Shown in pieces: positions 18,415 to 29,300 of a stretch of 64,000 nt of DNA. Both the position numbers and the translations under genes were made by a program. This DNA is from Parcubacteria group bacterium GW2011_GWC1_45_14. GTDB lineage: Bacteria; Patescibacteriota; Minisyncoccia; Moranbacterales; GWC2-37-73. The stretch spans positions 339 to 64,338 of the forward strand of contig LCKI01000001.1 of the NCBI GenBank assembly GCA_001001345.1, written 5' to 3'. Below the pieces are notes generated by a model that was given only the letters and a program-made list of their open reading frames with translations, did no database searches and had not been told where the DNA came from. Position 1 is the stretch's first letter. The number at the start of each line of letters is the position of its first letter.

Positions 18415-19515
18415 ATGAAAATCGGTATCGACGGCTCAAGGGCCTTCATAAAAAGACGGACGGGAATAGAGGAGTATTCTTATCAGGTCATTAAGAACTT
18501 GCGTCCGTGGCTCAATGAAGACGAGGTGTTTTTATATGTGCGCCATAATCAAGCGGTCGATTTCGATCTGCCGGAAAACTGGAAAATTAAAAAACTTTGG
18601 TTTCCGAGATTTTGGACCCAGATACGACTTTCCTTGGAAATTCTTTTGGGGTCGGTCGATAAGCTTTTCGTTCCGGCGCACACTGTGCCCTTTGTGCATC
18701 CTAAAAAAACGGTCGTGGTCATCCATGGCCTGGAGTATGAATTTTGCCCCAAAGCGTATTCTTTTTTGGAAAGGATATATATGCGGTTCGTGATCAAAAA
18801 TTCCTGCAAGTGGGCGAGCAAGGTTGTTTGCGTTTCGGAAAACACCAAGAGGGATGTGATGAAACTTTATGGCACAGAGGAAGATAAAATAGAAGTCGTC
18901 TATGAGGGATATTCCGGAAAAGACGGTGCGTCGGAGAGCGCCGGCATCCTCGGGCATGCCTCGAAGGAGAAATGCGATATCGGGGCGCCCTACATCCTTT
19001 TTGTCGGAAGGATAGAGGAAAGGAAAAACGTGAAGGGAATCATAGAGGCTTTCGAGATAGTGAAGGAGAAATACGGAGTGGAGCATAAACTGGTTCTTGC
19101 AGGTAAACCCGGTTACGGATACGGGGATATACGGAAAAGGATTGAGATTTCCAAATTCAGAAATGATGTCGTGGAGATGGGATATGTGAGCGATGAGGAG
19201 AAATGGGAAATCCTCAGGTGCGCCGACGTGTTCGTTTTCCCGACTTTTTATGAAGGATTCGGACTGCCTATTTTGGAAGCGCAGAACGCCTTTGTCCCGG
19301 TTGTTACCTCCAAGGTTTCTTCTATTCCGGAAGTGGCCGGTGACGCTGCCCTGTATGCTGATCCGAATGACCACCACACAATCGCCGAAAACATATACGT
19401 CCTCATTAGTAACAGGGAGGCCAAGGAGGACATGGTGAGAAGAGGGGTTGAAAACGTGAAAAGGTTCAGTTGGGCGGATTGCGCCAAGAAACTGGCGCTT
19501 ATGATCAAGGAATAA
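18415..19515 (+). CDS. Glycosyltransferase family 4 (GT-B)
   Basis: TGIEEY, VSENTK.D, FVGRIEERKN, FPTFYEGFGLPILEA. Confidence 0.92.
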   Translation: MKIGIDGSRAFIKRRTGIEEYSYQVIKNLRPWLNEDEVFLYVRHNQAVDFDLPENWKIKKLWFPRFWTQIRLSLEILLGSVDKLFVPAHTVPFVHPKKTVVVIHGLEYEFCPKAYSFLERIYMRFVIKNSCKWASKVVCVSENTKRDVMKLYGTEEDKIEVVYEGYSGKDGASESAGILGHASKEKCDIGAPYILFVGRIEERKNVKGIIEAFEIVKEKYGVEHKLVLAGKPGYGYGDIRKRIEISKFRNDVVEMGYVSDEEKWEILRCADVFVFPTFYEGFGLPILEAQNAFVPVVTSKVSSIPEVAGDAALYADPNDHHTIAENIYVLISNREAKEDMVRRGVENVKRFSWADCAKKLALMIKE

Positions 19516-19561
19516 TATCGTCATCGACGGCTGAGAGTAGTGATTAGGAAGTAAAAAAAAT

Positions 19562-20677
19562 ATGGAAAATTTGAAAAAAATAAAAGTCGCCATTGTCCAT
19601 GATTTCCTGGTGCAAAGGGGCGGGGCGGAAAGGGTTCTGGAATCGATATCTGAAATGTTTCCCGATGCCCCGATTTATACGCTTCTTTATGACAAGGAAA
19701 AGATGAGGGGAATGCTGGAGGAGAGGGATATCAGGCCTTCATATCTTCAAAAGCTTCCGAAGTTTCTCAGAAAAAGGTATCAATGGTTACTGCCTTTTTT
19801 AGTGGTGATTCCGGAAACGCTCGATCTTCGCGATTTTGATTTAATCATCTCCTCTTCCGGGGCGTGGTCCAAAGGTATTGTGACGAAACTGGACACTGTC
19901 CATGTGGCCTATATCCATTCCCCGATGCGTTTCGTTTGGGATTATAACGAGAGGTATCTGAAAGAAAAGAAAGTCCGTAATTCTATGTTGAAGCGTTTGA
20001 TGTTTAGTTATCTGCGCATCTGGGATCGTTTGGCAGCCGAACGTCCTGATTTTTTGATCGCCAATTCGAAATTCACCCAGAGCCAGATCGCGAAATATTA
20101 CAGAAGGGAAAGCGCCGTCATATATCCGCCCGTGGAGATATCCGCGTCTGCCAGTAAGAAATCATCGGAAAAAATAAAGGATTACTTCCTTGTCGTCTCG
20201 AGGCTTTCGGGATACAAGAAAACAGACGTCATAGTAGAAGCTTTTAATAAACTGGGGCTGCCCTTGGTTGTCATCGGTGAAGGTGAGCAGGAAAAGCATT
20301 TGAGAAATATCGCGGGGGAAAACGTGAAGATACTTTCCTGGAAGGCTGACGAGGAGTTGGCGGAATATTATAGAGGAGCGCGGGCGTTCGTTTTTGCTTC
20401 CCAAGAGGACTTCGGAATGGCCCCGGTTGAGGCGATGTGCTTCGGTGTTCCGGTTGTCGCCTATCGGAGCGGTGGGGCGCTGGAGACCGTGGTGGAAGGC
20501 GTAAGCGGGGAATTTTTCGATGCCCAGACCCCTGAGGTACTCGCTGACGGAGTCAGACGTTTTTTGGAAAAAGAAAATTCCCACGACAGGGATGAGATAA
20601 AAAGATCTGCCGAGAAGTTTTCAAAAGAAAGATTCAAAGAGGAATTTGGAACATATATTGGACGTATTTTAAATTGA
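19562..20677 (+). CDS. Glycosyltransferase family 4 (GT-B)
   Basis: VHDFL...GGAERV, HSPMR..WD, SRL..YK, EDFGMAPVEAM. Confidence 0.92.
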   Translation: MENLKKIKVAIVHDFLVQRGGAERVLESISEMFPDAPIYTLLYDKEKMRGMLEERDIRPSYLQKLPKFLRKRYQWLLPFLVVIPETLDLRDFDLIISSSGAWSKGIVTKLDTVHVAYIHSPMRFVWDYNERYLKEKKVRNSMLKRLMFSYLRIWDRLAAERPDFLIANSKFTQSQIAKYYRRESAVIYPPVEISASASKKSSEKIKDYFLVVSRLSGYKKTDVIVEAFNKLGLPLVVIGEGEQEKHLRNIAGENVKILSWKADEELAEYYRGARAFVFASQEDFGMAPVEAMCFGVPVVAYRSGGALETVVEGVSGEFFDAQTPEVLADGVRRFLEKENSHDRDEIKRSAEKFSKERFKEEFGTYIGRILN

Positions 20678-20700
20678 TTTAATCGGATGTCCATCAAGCG

Positions 20701-21600
20701 ATGAATTTTGTAGGAAATAAAAAAGCGGTAAGCTTCATAGAAAAGACACTCGAAAGGGGGGCGACCAGCCAGGCCTATCTTTTTTCCGGACCGGAAAGCG
20801 TGGGAAAATTTTTTTTGGCCCAAGCTTTCGCTAAAAGCTTGATAAACGAAGGAAGTTTGCGTTTTGAAGATAGCGGAGCCGGCGGGCTTGTCGTGGACTT
20901 GGTTGTCATCAAACCGGAGATAGAGGAGCGGAAGGGTGTTATCAAGGAGAGAGATATCACGATCGAAAGGGTCAGGGAGGCGCGCAAGGATCTCGCCCTT
21001 TTTCCTCATAGCGGGAAAAGGAAGGTTCTGATCGTGGACAACGCCCATAAGATGAACATCACTTCGCAAAACGCTTTCCTTAAGATTTTGGAAGAGCCGA
21101 ATTCCACCTCGGTCATAATATTGGTAACGCATGAGGATTCCAAGATTCTTCCAACCATCAAATCCCGCTGTCAGAAGGTGAATTTCGGATTGGTCGGGAG
21201 GGAAATGGAAATGGAGATGGGAAGCTTGGTCGGCGAGGATTTTGCTGGAAAATATGGGGCGCTTGCCATGGGAAGACCCGGGTTGCTTTTCGAGATGGCG
21301 CGGGAAAAGGAAAGACTGGAATATCATGTCGGATCCTATGAGCAATTCAGGAAGGTTTTCTCCATGGATCTCAACCAGAGACTTTCATTCGCGGAAAAGA
21401 TGTCCAAAGACGTGAATGCGGCGATCGGCACCCTCAACGTTTGGAATTGGATTTTAAGGAAAGAAGGTCTCGAGGACGGCGGTCGGGAATTGGGGGAGAC
21501 ATATCTGAAAATCTCCGCTATCGAAGACTCCATGGCGACATTGAAAAGCACCAACGCTAATCCAAGATTGGTTCTCGAGAACCTATTGATAAGTATTTAG
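20701..21600 (+). CDS. holB: DNA polymerase III delta' subunit
   Basis: AYLFSGPESVGK, KVLIVDNAH.M, QNAFLKILEEP, LPTIKSRC. Confidence 0.88.
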   Translation: MNFVGNKKAVSFIEKTLERGATSQAYLFSGPESVGKFFLAQAFAKSLINEGSLRFEDSGAGGLVVDLVVIKPEIEERKGVIKERDITIERVREARKDLALFPHSGKRKVLIVDNAHKMNITSQNAFLKILEEPNSTSVIILVTHEDSKILPTIKSRCQKVNFGLVGREMEMEMGSLVGEDFAGKYGALAMGRPGLLFEMAREKERLEYHVGSYEQFRKVFSMDLNQRLSFAEKMSKDVNAAIGTLNVWNWILRKEGLEDGGRELGETYLKISAIEDSMATLKSTNANPRLVLENLLISI

Positions 21601-21610
21601 AAACCTGACG

Positions 21611-22561
21611 ATGTTCCGATCTTCCAGAAAAAACAAAAATAAAAAAGAGCTCGAATATAAGAAGATGCGTTCCGTTTCCAAGAAGGAAGAGGGATTCAGG
21701 CTGCTGCGCTCGGCGTATAGGATACTTTTTTATTTCCTATTGGCGATGTTCGTGGCCGTCTCTTTCTATGTCGTTATCTTTTCGCCGTTCCTTGCGGTCG
21801 AGAAGGTGAAAATCGAAGGAACGAGGAAGCTTGGCTCAGTCGAAGTTTTGGCGGCTGCAAGCGCGGTTTATGACGGCAGATATCTGGGAATTTTCCCCAA
21901 GGATAATTTCCTGCTTTTTCCAAAAAGAGCCGTGATTAAAAAGTTGGAGGATGATTTCAAAAGGATACGGACAGTGGAGGTGAAGAAGACATTTCCAAGC
22001 GGCGCGCTTATTCGTGTTGAGGAAAGGGAATCCCTTCTTCTTTGGTGCGACACATCCGGGGAGTGTTTTATTATCGACGAGAACGGTTTTGCCTATCACA
22101 AAGTCGGATTGGATTCCAGAGAGGTCTTGGAGAATAACTTGATGAGAGTGCTTGGCCAGGACGACAGGAAGGTTTCCGAAGGGGAGAAAGTTTTGGACGC
22201 GGAAAAGGTTTCTTTTCTTATGGATGCCAAAGATGTCATGGAGAAATCCGCCGATATGAGGATAGTCGGTGAAGCTCGGGCTAAGTCCAGGATCGCGGAA
22301 GAGGTTACGCTCAGGAGCCTGGAAGGTTGGGATATTTTGGTCAGCACTTCTTTCCCCCTAGAAAGGGCGGGAAACTTTCTCAAGCTTTTTTTGGATAAGG
22401 AAATCAGCAGTGAAGACAGGGGCAAATTGGAATATGTGGACCTTCGGGTGGAGAACAGGATTTACTATAAATTAAAAAAAGAGGAAGAACAAAAGGAGAG
22501 TGAGAATAAAGAGGGAGAGAATGGCGGAGAAAGGCAGGACGCTGAAAATAAAAATGAATGA
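21611..22561 (+). CDS. ftsQ: FtsQ/DivIB-like cell division protein
   Basis: Basic N-terminus, one TM helix, POTRA-like segment (V.IEG..., KTFPS...IRVEER), IDENG, C-terminal EYVDLR. Confidence 0.75.
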   Translation: MFRSSRKNKNKKELEYKKMRSVSKKEEGFRLLRSAYRILFYFLLAMFVAVSFYVVIFSPFLAVEKVKIEGTRKLGSVEVLAAASAVYDGRYLGIFPKDNFLLFPKRAVIKKLEDDFKRIRTVEVKKTFPSGALIRVEERESLLLWCDTSGECFIIDENGFAYHKVGLDSREVLENNLMRVLGQDDRKVSEGEKVLDAEKVSFLMDAKDVMEKSADMRIVGEARAKSRIAEEVTLRSLEGWDILVSTSFPLERAGNFLKLFLDKEISSEDRGKLEYVDLRVENRIYYKLKKEEEQKESENKEGENGGERQDAENKNE

Positions 22562-22574
22562 TCATAGGGCAGGC

Positions 22575-22613
22575 AACAAAAAAACAGCCACATGGGTGGG
22601 CTGTTTTTTTGTT
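22575..22613. terminator. Bidirectional intrinsic terminator
   Basis: A-tract, CAGCC..GGCTG stem, T-tract between convergent genes. Confidence 0.7.
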
Positions 22614-22621
22614 ACAAGTTT

Positions 22622-24448
22622 TTATTTGATATCCGTGACGTGGTAGATAAGAATGGAGGTTCCTACCTGGGCGACGGGGCTGTATTTTTTTAGCCAGCTG
22701 TAATTTTCTTCGACGCTTTTCCTTTCGTCGTGGAGACTTTCTTGGATAAAAAGTACTGAAATGGCGTACCAGCCATTTTCGACAGGCCTTCTGGCGTCCC
22801 ACCAGGAAATCACCTTGTCTTCTCCCAGGTAGTGATTGACGTCGCCTCCGCCGAAATAGTTCACCCTGATTTTGTCTATCCGGGGATTTTCTTCAAGGTA
22901 TGTCTTCAGTCGCTTAATGTCTTGCCCCCAGTCCGCGTTGGAATCGGTGACGTATTGGTAGCCACTGCTTGGTCCGCCGGCGACTTGATTGAAATAGGAA
23001 ATATAATACGGGTAGGATGCCACAGCTTCGATAATCAGCCAGAAGACCATTGTCACGATCATCACGTTGATGAAATTTTTCTTGTGATGGTCTTTTCTCC
23101 TGTAGGAGAAAATCTTTTTGGAGAGCAGAATATAGGCGAACGGGAATATAGGGAATAGATGACGGAAGCCGATATTGAGATTTCCAGTGATGCTGACGAA
23201 GGAATAAATGATTATGAATGAGAGCAGGGCAGTTTCCGTTATCCTGCTATGCAGAAACTCTCTCAGTAAGGTGATATTTTCCCTGGCTGATCTTTTGAAT
23301 GAGTGGGTTAGCGAGAAGAAAGATTCCTTAGCAACGACGGCTAAAGTAAAGAAAAGCAAAACGAGTATCGGCAGGGGCTCTTTCATGAGAAATACCAACG
23401 GGAAGTAGGATGCTTTGGCATCATTGGAAACTTCTCCCATGAAATAAGTTACGTTTCCGCCGGCGACCCGCTGGAAGACGCGGGCTACTCCGAAGAGATA
23501 TTCCCCCAGGGGCTGCAGGATCTCATGCTCATTGATTGCGAAGAGGGCTTTTCTGGTATAGATAGTTTTGATATTGGAATCATTGGCTTTGAAATAGTGA
23601 TTTATGCCGTCGTTCATGACTTCCACTGGCATGCCGGACGTGTTGAAAGCGTAAAGGGCCCAGACCGCGGCGATGGAGACGGCGAAAACCAAAAATCCCT
23701 TAAATACGTATTCGAAGAATTCGCCGATTTTTTTCCTTTCAGGCTTGGTTTTTTTGATAAGGGGATAGCCGACAACTAGCAGGAAAAAAACGGGGAAGGC
23801 GATCACTGAGGAGAATTTTGCCAATTGCAAAAGTCCCAAGAAGAGTCCGGCCAGAAAAACGTTTTTCCAGGAAGGTTGCTTGATGAACTTGAGGAAATAG
23901 TAAAAGGAGAAAGTGATGAAAGCCGCGATTCCCAAATCCGTCGTCACGAGATGGTTGTGTCCCAGGACATTGGGATTGAAGGCGTAAAGAGCCAAGGCTA
24001 AGAGGGCGGCCGGAATAGAGGCGATTTCCTTCGTCCATCGGAAGATGAAAAGTCCGAGAGCCAGGGCAAGCAGGATAAACGGCACACGGGACCAGAAGAT
24101 TACCCGGTCTGGATCGTTGCCTGAACCGTAGAGGAATTTCCTGCCGGCATTCCATTGGTTGTCCGCCACGTTATCGGTCGTCCAGGAGCTGTGGGTCGTG
24201 TCGAAATTGAGATCCAGGAACTGCAAGGGTAGACCTGCTAAATCTTTGAGTAGCGGAGGATGCTCCGGATTGAGGCGCATGTCATGCTCCGAAAGATATG
24301 AATATGACGCCGGGATATGCGCGACTTCGTCATATGTCGCTCCGTCGTTTTTCGCATTGAGCAGGGAAACTGCCAGGACGAAGGACATCATTGTCAAAAC
24401 TAATTTTTTAGAGTGTCTCTTGAGGAAGTAGTCGATTTTTTGCAGCAT
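22622..24448 (-). CDS. GT39/ArnT-like (GT-C) membrane glycosyltransferase
   Basis: TYDE..H, NPEHPPLLK, multiple TM helices, NIGFRHL, DSNADWGQD. Confidence 0.82.
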   Translation of the reverse strand: MLQKIDYFLKRHSKKLVLTMMSFVLAVSLLNAKNDGATYDEVAHIPASYSYLSEHDMRLNPEHPPLLKDLAGLPLQFLDLNFDTTHSSWTTDNVADNQWNAGRKFLYGSGNDPDRVIFWSRVPFILLALALGLFIFRWTKEIASIPAALLALALYAFNPNVLGHNHLVTTDLGIAAFITFSFYYFLKFIKQPSWKNVFLAGLFLGLLQLAKFSSVIAFPVFFLLVVGYPLIKKTKPERKKIGEFFEYVFKGFLVFAVSIAAVWALYAFNTSGMPVEVMNDGINHYFKANDSNIKTIYTRKALFAINEHEILQPLGEYLFGVARVFQRVAGGNVTYFMGEVSNDAKASYFPLVFLMKEPLPILVLLFFTLAVVAKESFFSLTHSFKRSARENITLLREFLHSRITETALLSFIIIYSFVSITGNLNIGFRHLFPIFPFAYILLSKKIFSYRRKDHHKKNFINVMIVTMVFWLIIEAVASYPYYISYFNQVAGGPSSGYQYVTDSNADWGQDIKRLKTYLEENPRIDKIRVNYFGGGDVNHYLGEDKVISWWDARRPVENGWYAISVLFIQESLHDERKSVEENYSWLKKYSPVAQVGTSILIYHVTDIK

Positions 24449-24539
24449 GGATTTTGTCTTTTAAATTTATTATCAAACGAAGTGAGTGAAATGGAAATTA
24501 ATTTCCATTTCCGAACGAGTGCAGATACCAAAAGGTTCA

Positions 24540-24596
24540 ATACCTCGCAGCTCTGCTGCGTGATCCCAAAGAGTCCAGGGCTCTGCCCTGGGGTAT
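24540..24596. repeat. REP-doublet-like pair of hairpins
   Basis: ATACCTCGCAGCTCTGCTGCG ... CCAGGGCTCTGCCCTGGGGTAT, with ATACC/GGTAT outer ends. Confidence 0.55.
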
Positions 24597-24604
24597 GATA
24601 CCTT

Positions 24605-26170
24605 TTATTTTTTGATTTCCCAAAATTTGTCACCCGGAAATTCCTCATGTTCAATAACCTTGTATTGGGGTGAAATTGAGCGGACTTTCGTTATGATATC
24701 ATCTTCTTTGTCATACATGACAACGACGAAATCGCCTTTTGGATCAAGCGAAAGGAAATCTTCCTTGTAGAGATAGGAGATATTAGGCATTTGGGGATTG
24801 AGGTATTTTATCGGAATCCTTTCCATATTGCCGGAAATTACGTATTTTTGAGTTTCGACTGGGATGGTCTGGAGATGATAGGCGATGTCCTTGAGATTCG
24901 CATTGAAGGATGAATGCTGCTTCGGGTTATTTTGGAAAAAAACGAAATATTTGAGGGTGTTGAAGAGTCCGATGAAAATTAGCGCGCCGACTAAAATAGA
25001 AAAGATTGTTATTTTCATCGAAGAATAGGTGTGCTTGGAAAGTTTTCCCAAAAGCCAAAGGAAAGGGATGGTTGCCAAGATCATCACGACCGGCAAGGTG
25101 CCGATAGCGCGCAGGGCATGAGGGAGTCCTTCAGCAGTCAGGAATTCGGGAGCGAGCATGGCGAAAAACCAAGCAAGAAGGAAAAAGTATAGGTAGAGTT
25201 TTTCATCATGTACGTCATGTTTGAATCTGAGCCAGAGCAGGTGCAGAGCCTTGGAGATGACATAGATTATTCCGGTAAGGAAAGCGATTCCCATGACGGG
25301 GTCCAAGATCGGATAGGGAGGGTAGTTGTGACGCCAATTTTGGTCTCCCCAGAAGTTATATTTGACCAGGCTCAGGCCGAAACTTCGCAGTCCCGTCTGG
25401 ATGAGGCTCCCTTCGTTCATTTCCGGGGAGAAGATGGAAACGGAAGCGGAGCGCGACTCGAGATATTCCGGGTGGTTATAAAACTCATACACCATCGGCG
25501 AGAGCGAGATGAAGACGGCGACGGAAAAAATCAGGATTTGTTTCCAGAAACTTCGCAGGAAATGTTTCTGGGTAATGAGCATGAAGACGAAAAGGGCGGC
25601 GATGATCGCCGGAGCGATGCGGAAGGCGATGTAGGTGTGAAAGCCTAGGCCGAAAATGAGTCCGGAGATTATGAAGTCGGAATATTTCTTGGTGCGGAAT
25701 CCTTTGAGCAGGAAATAGGAAGAGAAGGTCATTATTAGGGGGACCATGATGGCGCGGAAACCGATGCGGGAGAAGTTTATCGCCCAATAGGAAAAGGTCG
25801 TCAGATAGGCGCTGATAAGCCCTGCCCGCTGGCTGCGGAAGATTTCTTTGGAAAGCAGATATACGCCGAGAACCGTGAGTGTGCCGAAGATTATCGACGC
25901 GAGTTTGAGCGCCATGACGGTGCTGCCGAAGAATTTGATGCTCAGCGCTTGGATGTTTATGAAAAGGCCTTCGCGCCCGTTGTTATCGATGTAGAAAAGT
26001 TGGTAATTTCCGGAGCTGTTGGCGTCCTGCGCGTTGATGCCATTGACCGCTTCATCCGGATATATTCCGGAAGGCAGATCTTCGATGCCGGTGAAACGGA
26101 GGAAGAACGCGCAGACGACGATGGCGAAGAGCAGGACGTAGTTAAGAATTTTTTTTTGTTTCGGTTTCAT
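24605..26170 (-). CDS. GT39/ArnT-like (GT-C) membrane glycosyltransferase
   Basis: LRF..I..LPSG.YPDEA, FSRIGFR, multiple TM helices, PHALR. Confidence 0.82.
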   Translation of the reverse strand: MKPKQKKILNYVLLFAIVVCAFFLRFTGIEDLPSGIYPDEAVNGINAQDANSSGNYQLFYIDNNGREGLFINIQALSIKFFGSTVMALKLASIIFGTLTVLGVYLLSKEIFRSQRAGLISAYLTTFSYWAINFSRIGFRAIMVPLIMTFSSYFLLKGFRTKKYSDFIISGLIFGLGFHTYIAFRIAPAIIAALFVFMLITQKHFLRSFWKQILIFSVAVFISLSPMVYEFYNHPEYLESRSASVSIFSPEMNEGSLIQTGLRSFGLSLVKYNFWGDQNWRHNYPPYPILDPVMGIAFLTGIIYVISKALHLLWLRFKHDVHDEKLYLYFFLLAWFFAMLAPEFLTAEGLPHALRAIGTLPVVMILATIPFLWLLGKLSKHTYSSMKITIFSILVGALIFIGLFNTLKYFVFFQNNPKQHSSFNANLKDIAYHLQTIPVETQKYVISGNMERIPIKYLNPQMPNISYLYKEDFLSLDPKGDFVVVMYDKEDDIITKVRSISPQYKVIEHEEFPGDKFWEIKK

Positions 26171-26337
26171 TTTGTTTTATGTTATGTAAACATGCTTTTT
26201 ATTTGGTTTCATTGTAGCATTTTTTTCGTTTTCCCAACAGAAGCTTCGGTGTGAAAAAATCACGTAGGAATTCGGATTATTTTGTGGTATAATTTTGAAG
26301 AAGAATGCGTCTGAAATTTTTTCGATTAGAAATAAAA

Positions 26338-29300
26338 ATGGCCCAGGAAAACAAAGACATAACAATAATGAACGTGGAAACCGAAAAGATGAGGGCGCTT
26401 AACGCTTTTATTGAAGACGTGTTGAATCGGAAAATAAGATTGTTGAAGAGCGGCCAAGTTGACGGTGCGACCGTCACGTTCGAGGATTTCAAAATCAAAG
26501 GCTCCGATATCCCTCAGAACAAGCTACCGAACAACAGCGAGGACACGATTGAGCTGGAAAAACGTATCCAGAAATCTAATAGGATATTGCGCAAGGCTTA
26601 TGAGAGCATTTTGGAAGCCGGAATAAGCCAAGCAATGGAAAGGGAAATAGAGGAAATTTTCGAGTCCATTTTTATGGATGGGGCGCTTTTTGGAAAGTTG
26701 TACAAAGCTGACCAGGAGCTTATTAGAAAGGCGAATGAAGAGGGGATAACGGGAGATTTGGAAGATCTTTTCATAAAATCCGTCGCCAAGGAAGGGATCG
26801 GGAAAATGGGAAGGGAGGAATTGAAAAAACTCATCAAGGATTTTTGCACGGACAGGGGAAATCTTGAAAAGATAGTTACCAAAGATGAAGATAAAGACAA
26901 GATGATCGATGCGATAGTAAATCTTACTGGTCTTTTTGGTAGTTCCAGGGGAGAAACCGGGGAGAATAAACAGGAGCCGACAAAAAACGAAATATTGGAG
27001 AAATATCTCAGCTACCAGGATACTGATTTGCTGGATGAAAGAAAAAAATCCATGCTTGAGTCGACGATGAAAGGGGTGAGCGCGCAAAAATATGCCGAGG
27101 CATTATTGGAGATTTCTCGGAATGGGGATATGGCGGAGGTAGAAAGATTGGTAAAAGGCATGAAAGCAGAGTGTCTGAATGCGTTAATTGCTTTAAAAAT
27201 TGAAAAAACAAAGTACGCCGACAGTGATAGTTGGGCGATGTGGGATATAGCCAAACAGTATCACTTTTACACCCACCCGAGCGAAAATGACCCAAGATAC
27301 TTATTGGCGAATCCATTGGAGTCCGAGGAAAAAATTGAGGAAATCATAGACAGGCACATAGGATGGGAGCTGTATGCTTATTTCAGTAAAAATGGGGTTG
27401 ATGTGGTGAATATCGTAGGCGATGGCGAAAAAAAGAAAAAGATCCTGGATATTCTGACAGGAGAAAAGAATGCTTCAGGGGGGATAAGTTCGTTTAATTT
27501 AGCCGTGCTTGGAAAGTTATTAAAATCTGAAATTCCAGGATTTAAGCATGAAAAGATGCTGAGTGTTGACGGTGGAAATCCGGATGGAAAAAAAGACAAG
27601 GATGCTTCCGACGGCAAGGAGGAGAAAAAAACAAAGGAGGAGGTTCCATTGGATAAAAATTCCCTGTTGGAAAAAGGCAAGACCGCATCTGCGGAACTGG
27701 ACAAGCTCTGGAAGAAGCTCCCTGATTATCCCAGGATGGAGCCGGAGTTCGAATCCGTTTTCCGAATACTTGATATGGAAGGTGAAAATTACTTCGATTA
27801 TCTTTGCAAAAAAGACGAACAATCCTCCGATTGGAAAACTCTGGATGAAGAGGGAAAGAATAAAAAGATCAATAACAGGGTCGAGCACGTCGAAACCATA
27901 AGGGGTATGGTCAAGAAAAAGTTGCTGGAGCTCGGCATAGAATTGGAGGACCCTAAGAAAAAAGAGAAGGGGGCTGATAAAAATGAGGGATCGGCCGAGG
28001 AGCGGAAAGATGATGGCAAGAAAGCTGAAGATATGAGCGAAGAGGTTACTGAGAGGGTGAAGATCTTAAAGAAGGAAGTGGAAATCGCCAGAAAGGAGTA
28101 TTTGGAAACGGACTATAGGAAAAAGAACTCCCTGAGAAGAATCTATGCGTTTTTGGGAGCTAGTTTCAAGAACAAAGAAGAAAAGACCCTGGAAAAAGAT
28201 CTGGATATCGCATGGCATAGGGCCCATTATGATAACAAGCTTTTCGATCTGCAAAAGGTGATGCTTGACGATGCGAAAGAGAGAGGCGTGTCCGACAAGG
28301 AACTTGCTGAGATAGGCATATATTTCAGAATGGAGCAGAAGATAAACATGGCTGAGGTCCATGATCAGGTGAAATCCGAGCAACAAGACAAGAAGTTGTC
28401 GGGATTCATTGAGAAGAAAGCGCTTGAATTAACCGATTTTTACAAGACTATGCCGCTGGGCAAGAAGCTCTTGATTGCCGGAGTGTTTTTGGGTGGCAGT
28501 GTCGTGACCGCTGGAGTCGGTGGAGCTGCTGCTGGGGCTTTTATTACAACAGCTACCGGAAGAAAAATGCTGATGGGCATGTTCGCCGGAGTGGGAGTCA
28601 CTCTCGGACTTGAAGCGAGGGGAAAAAAGAGCGAGAAAGCCGCAATCGAGAAAGAGAAGGCGGGGTTTTTGGAATCCATTAAAAACATGAATGAGGAAGA
28701 AAAATATAACTTCATTGCGGGCAATATAAAGAACATATCGATCAAAGACGGGGAATTAGCTATCAATAAGATCAAAAATCAAGATATCCGCCAGAAGATT
28801 GCCGGTGTGTCCGCGGGATTTGCAGCCACCGTCCTTCCCGGCATTGTCAGTTCTTATGCCGGGGAAGCGTATGCCGGGATACTTGAAAAAATCTCCCCAG
28901 AAAGCGTTCCGGCTCCGCCAGTTATGTCCGAGGTGGTCCTTGAGGTCAAAAAAGGCAGCAGTTTCGAGGGAACCATCATAAAGCATCTTTCGGATCCCAA
29001 TTCTGAGATATACAAACATCATCCCGAGCTTAAAAATGTCGATCCCGGAGTCATCGCCCATAGATTAGCTTTGGATTTCGCGCACGATCATGGGACCGGG
29101 CTTCCGGATTTGGTAAATCCTGATGACAGGATAAGCATAAAATTCGATCCGGCCGCTTTGAAGATAAATGGAACGCTTGAGGATTCCGTCAGGATAGATA
29201 TTGAGAGCCATTTGGAGCCCGGAAAGACCTCTGAGATTACTAAGGCGGTTCCTGCTGAAATTCCGAAAGTCGTTCCGGCTACGGAGGTGCCGGCTTCCCC

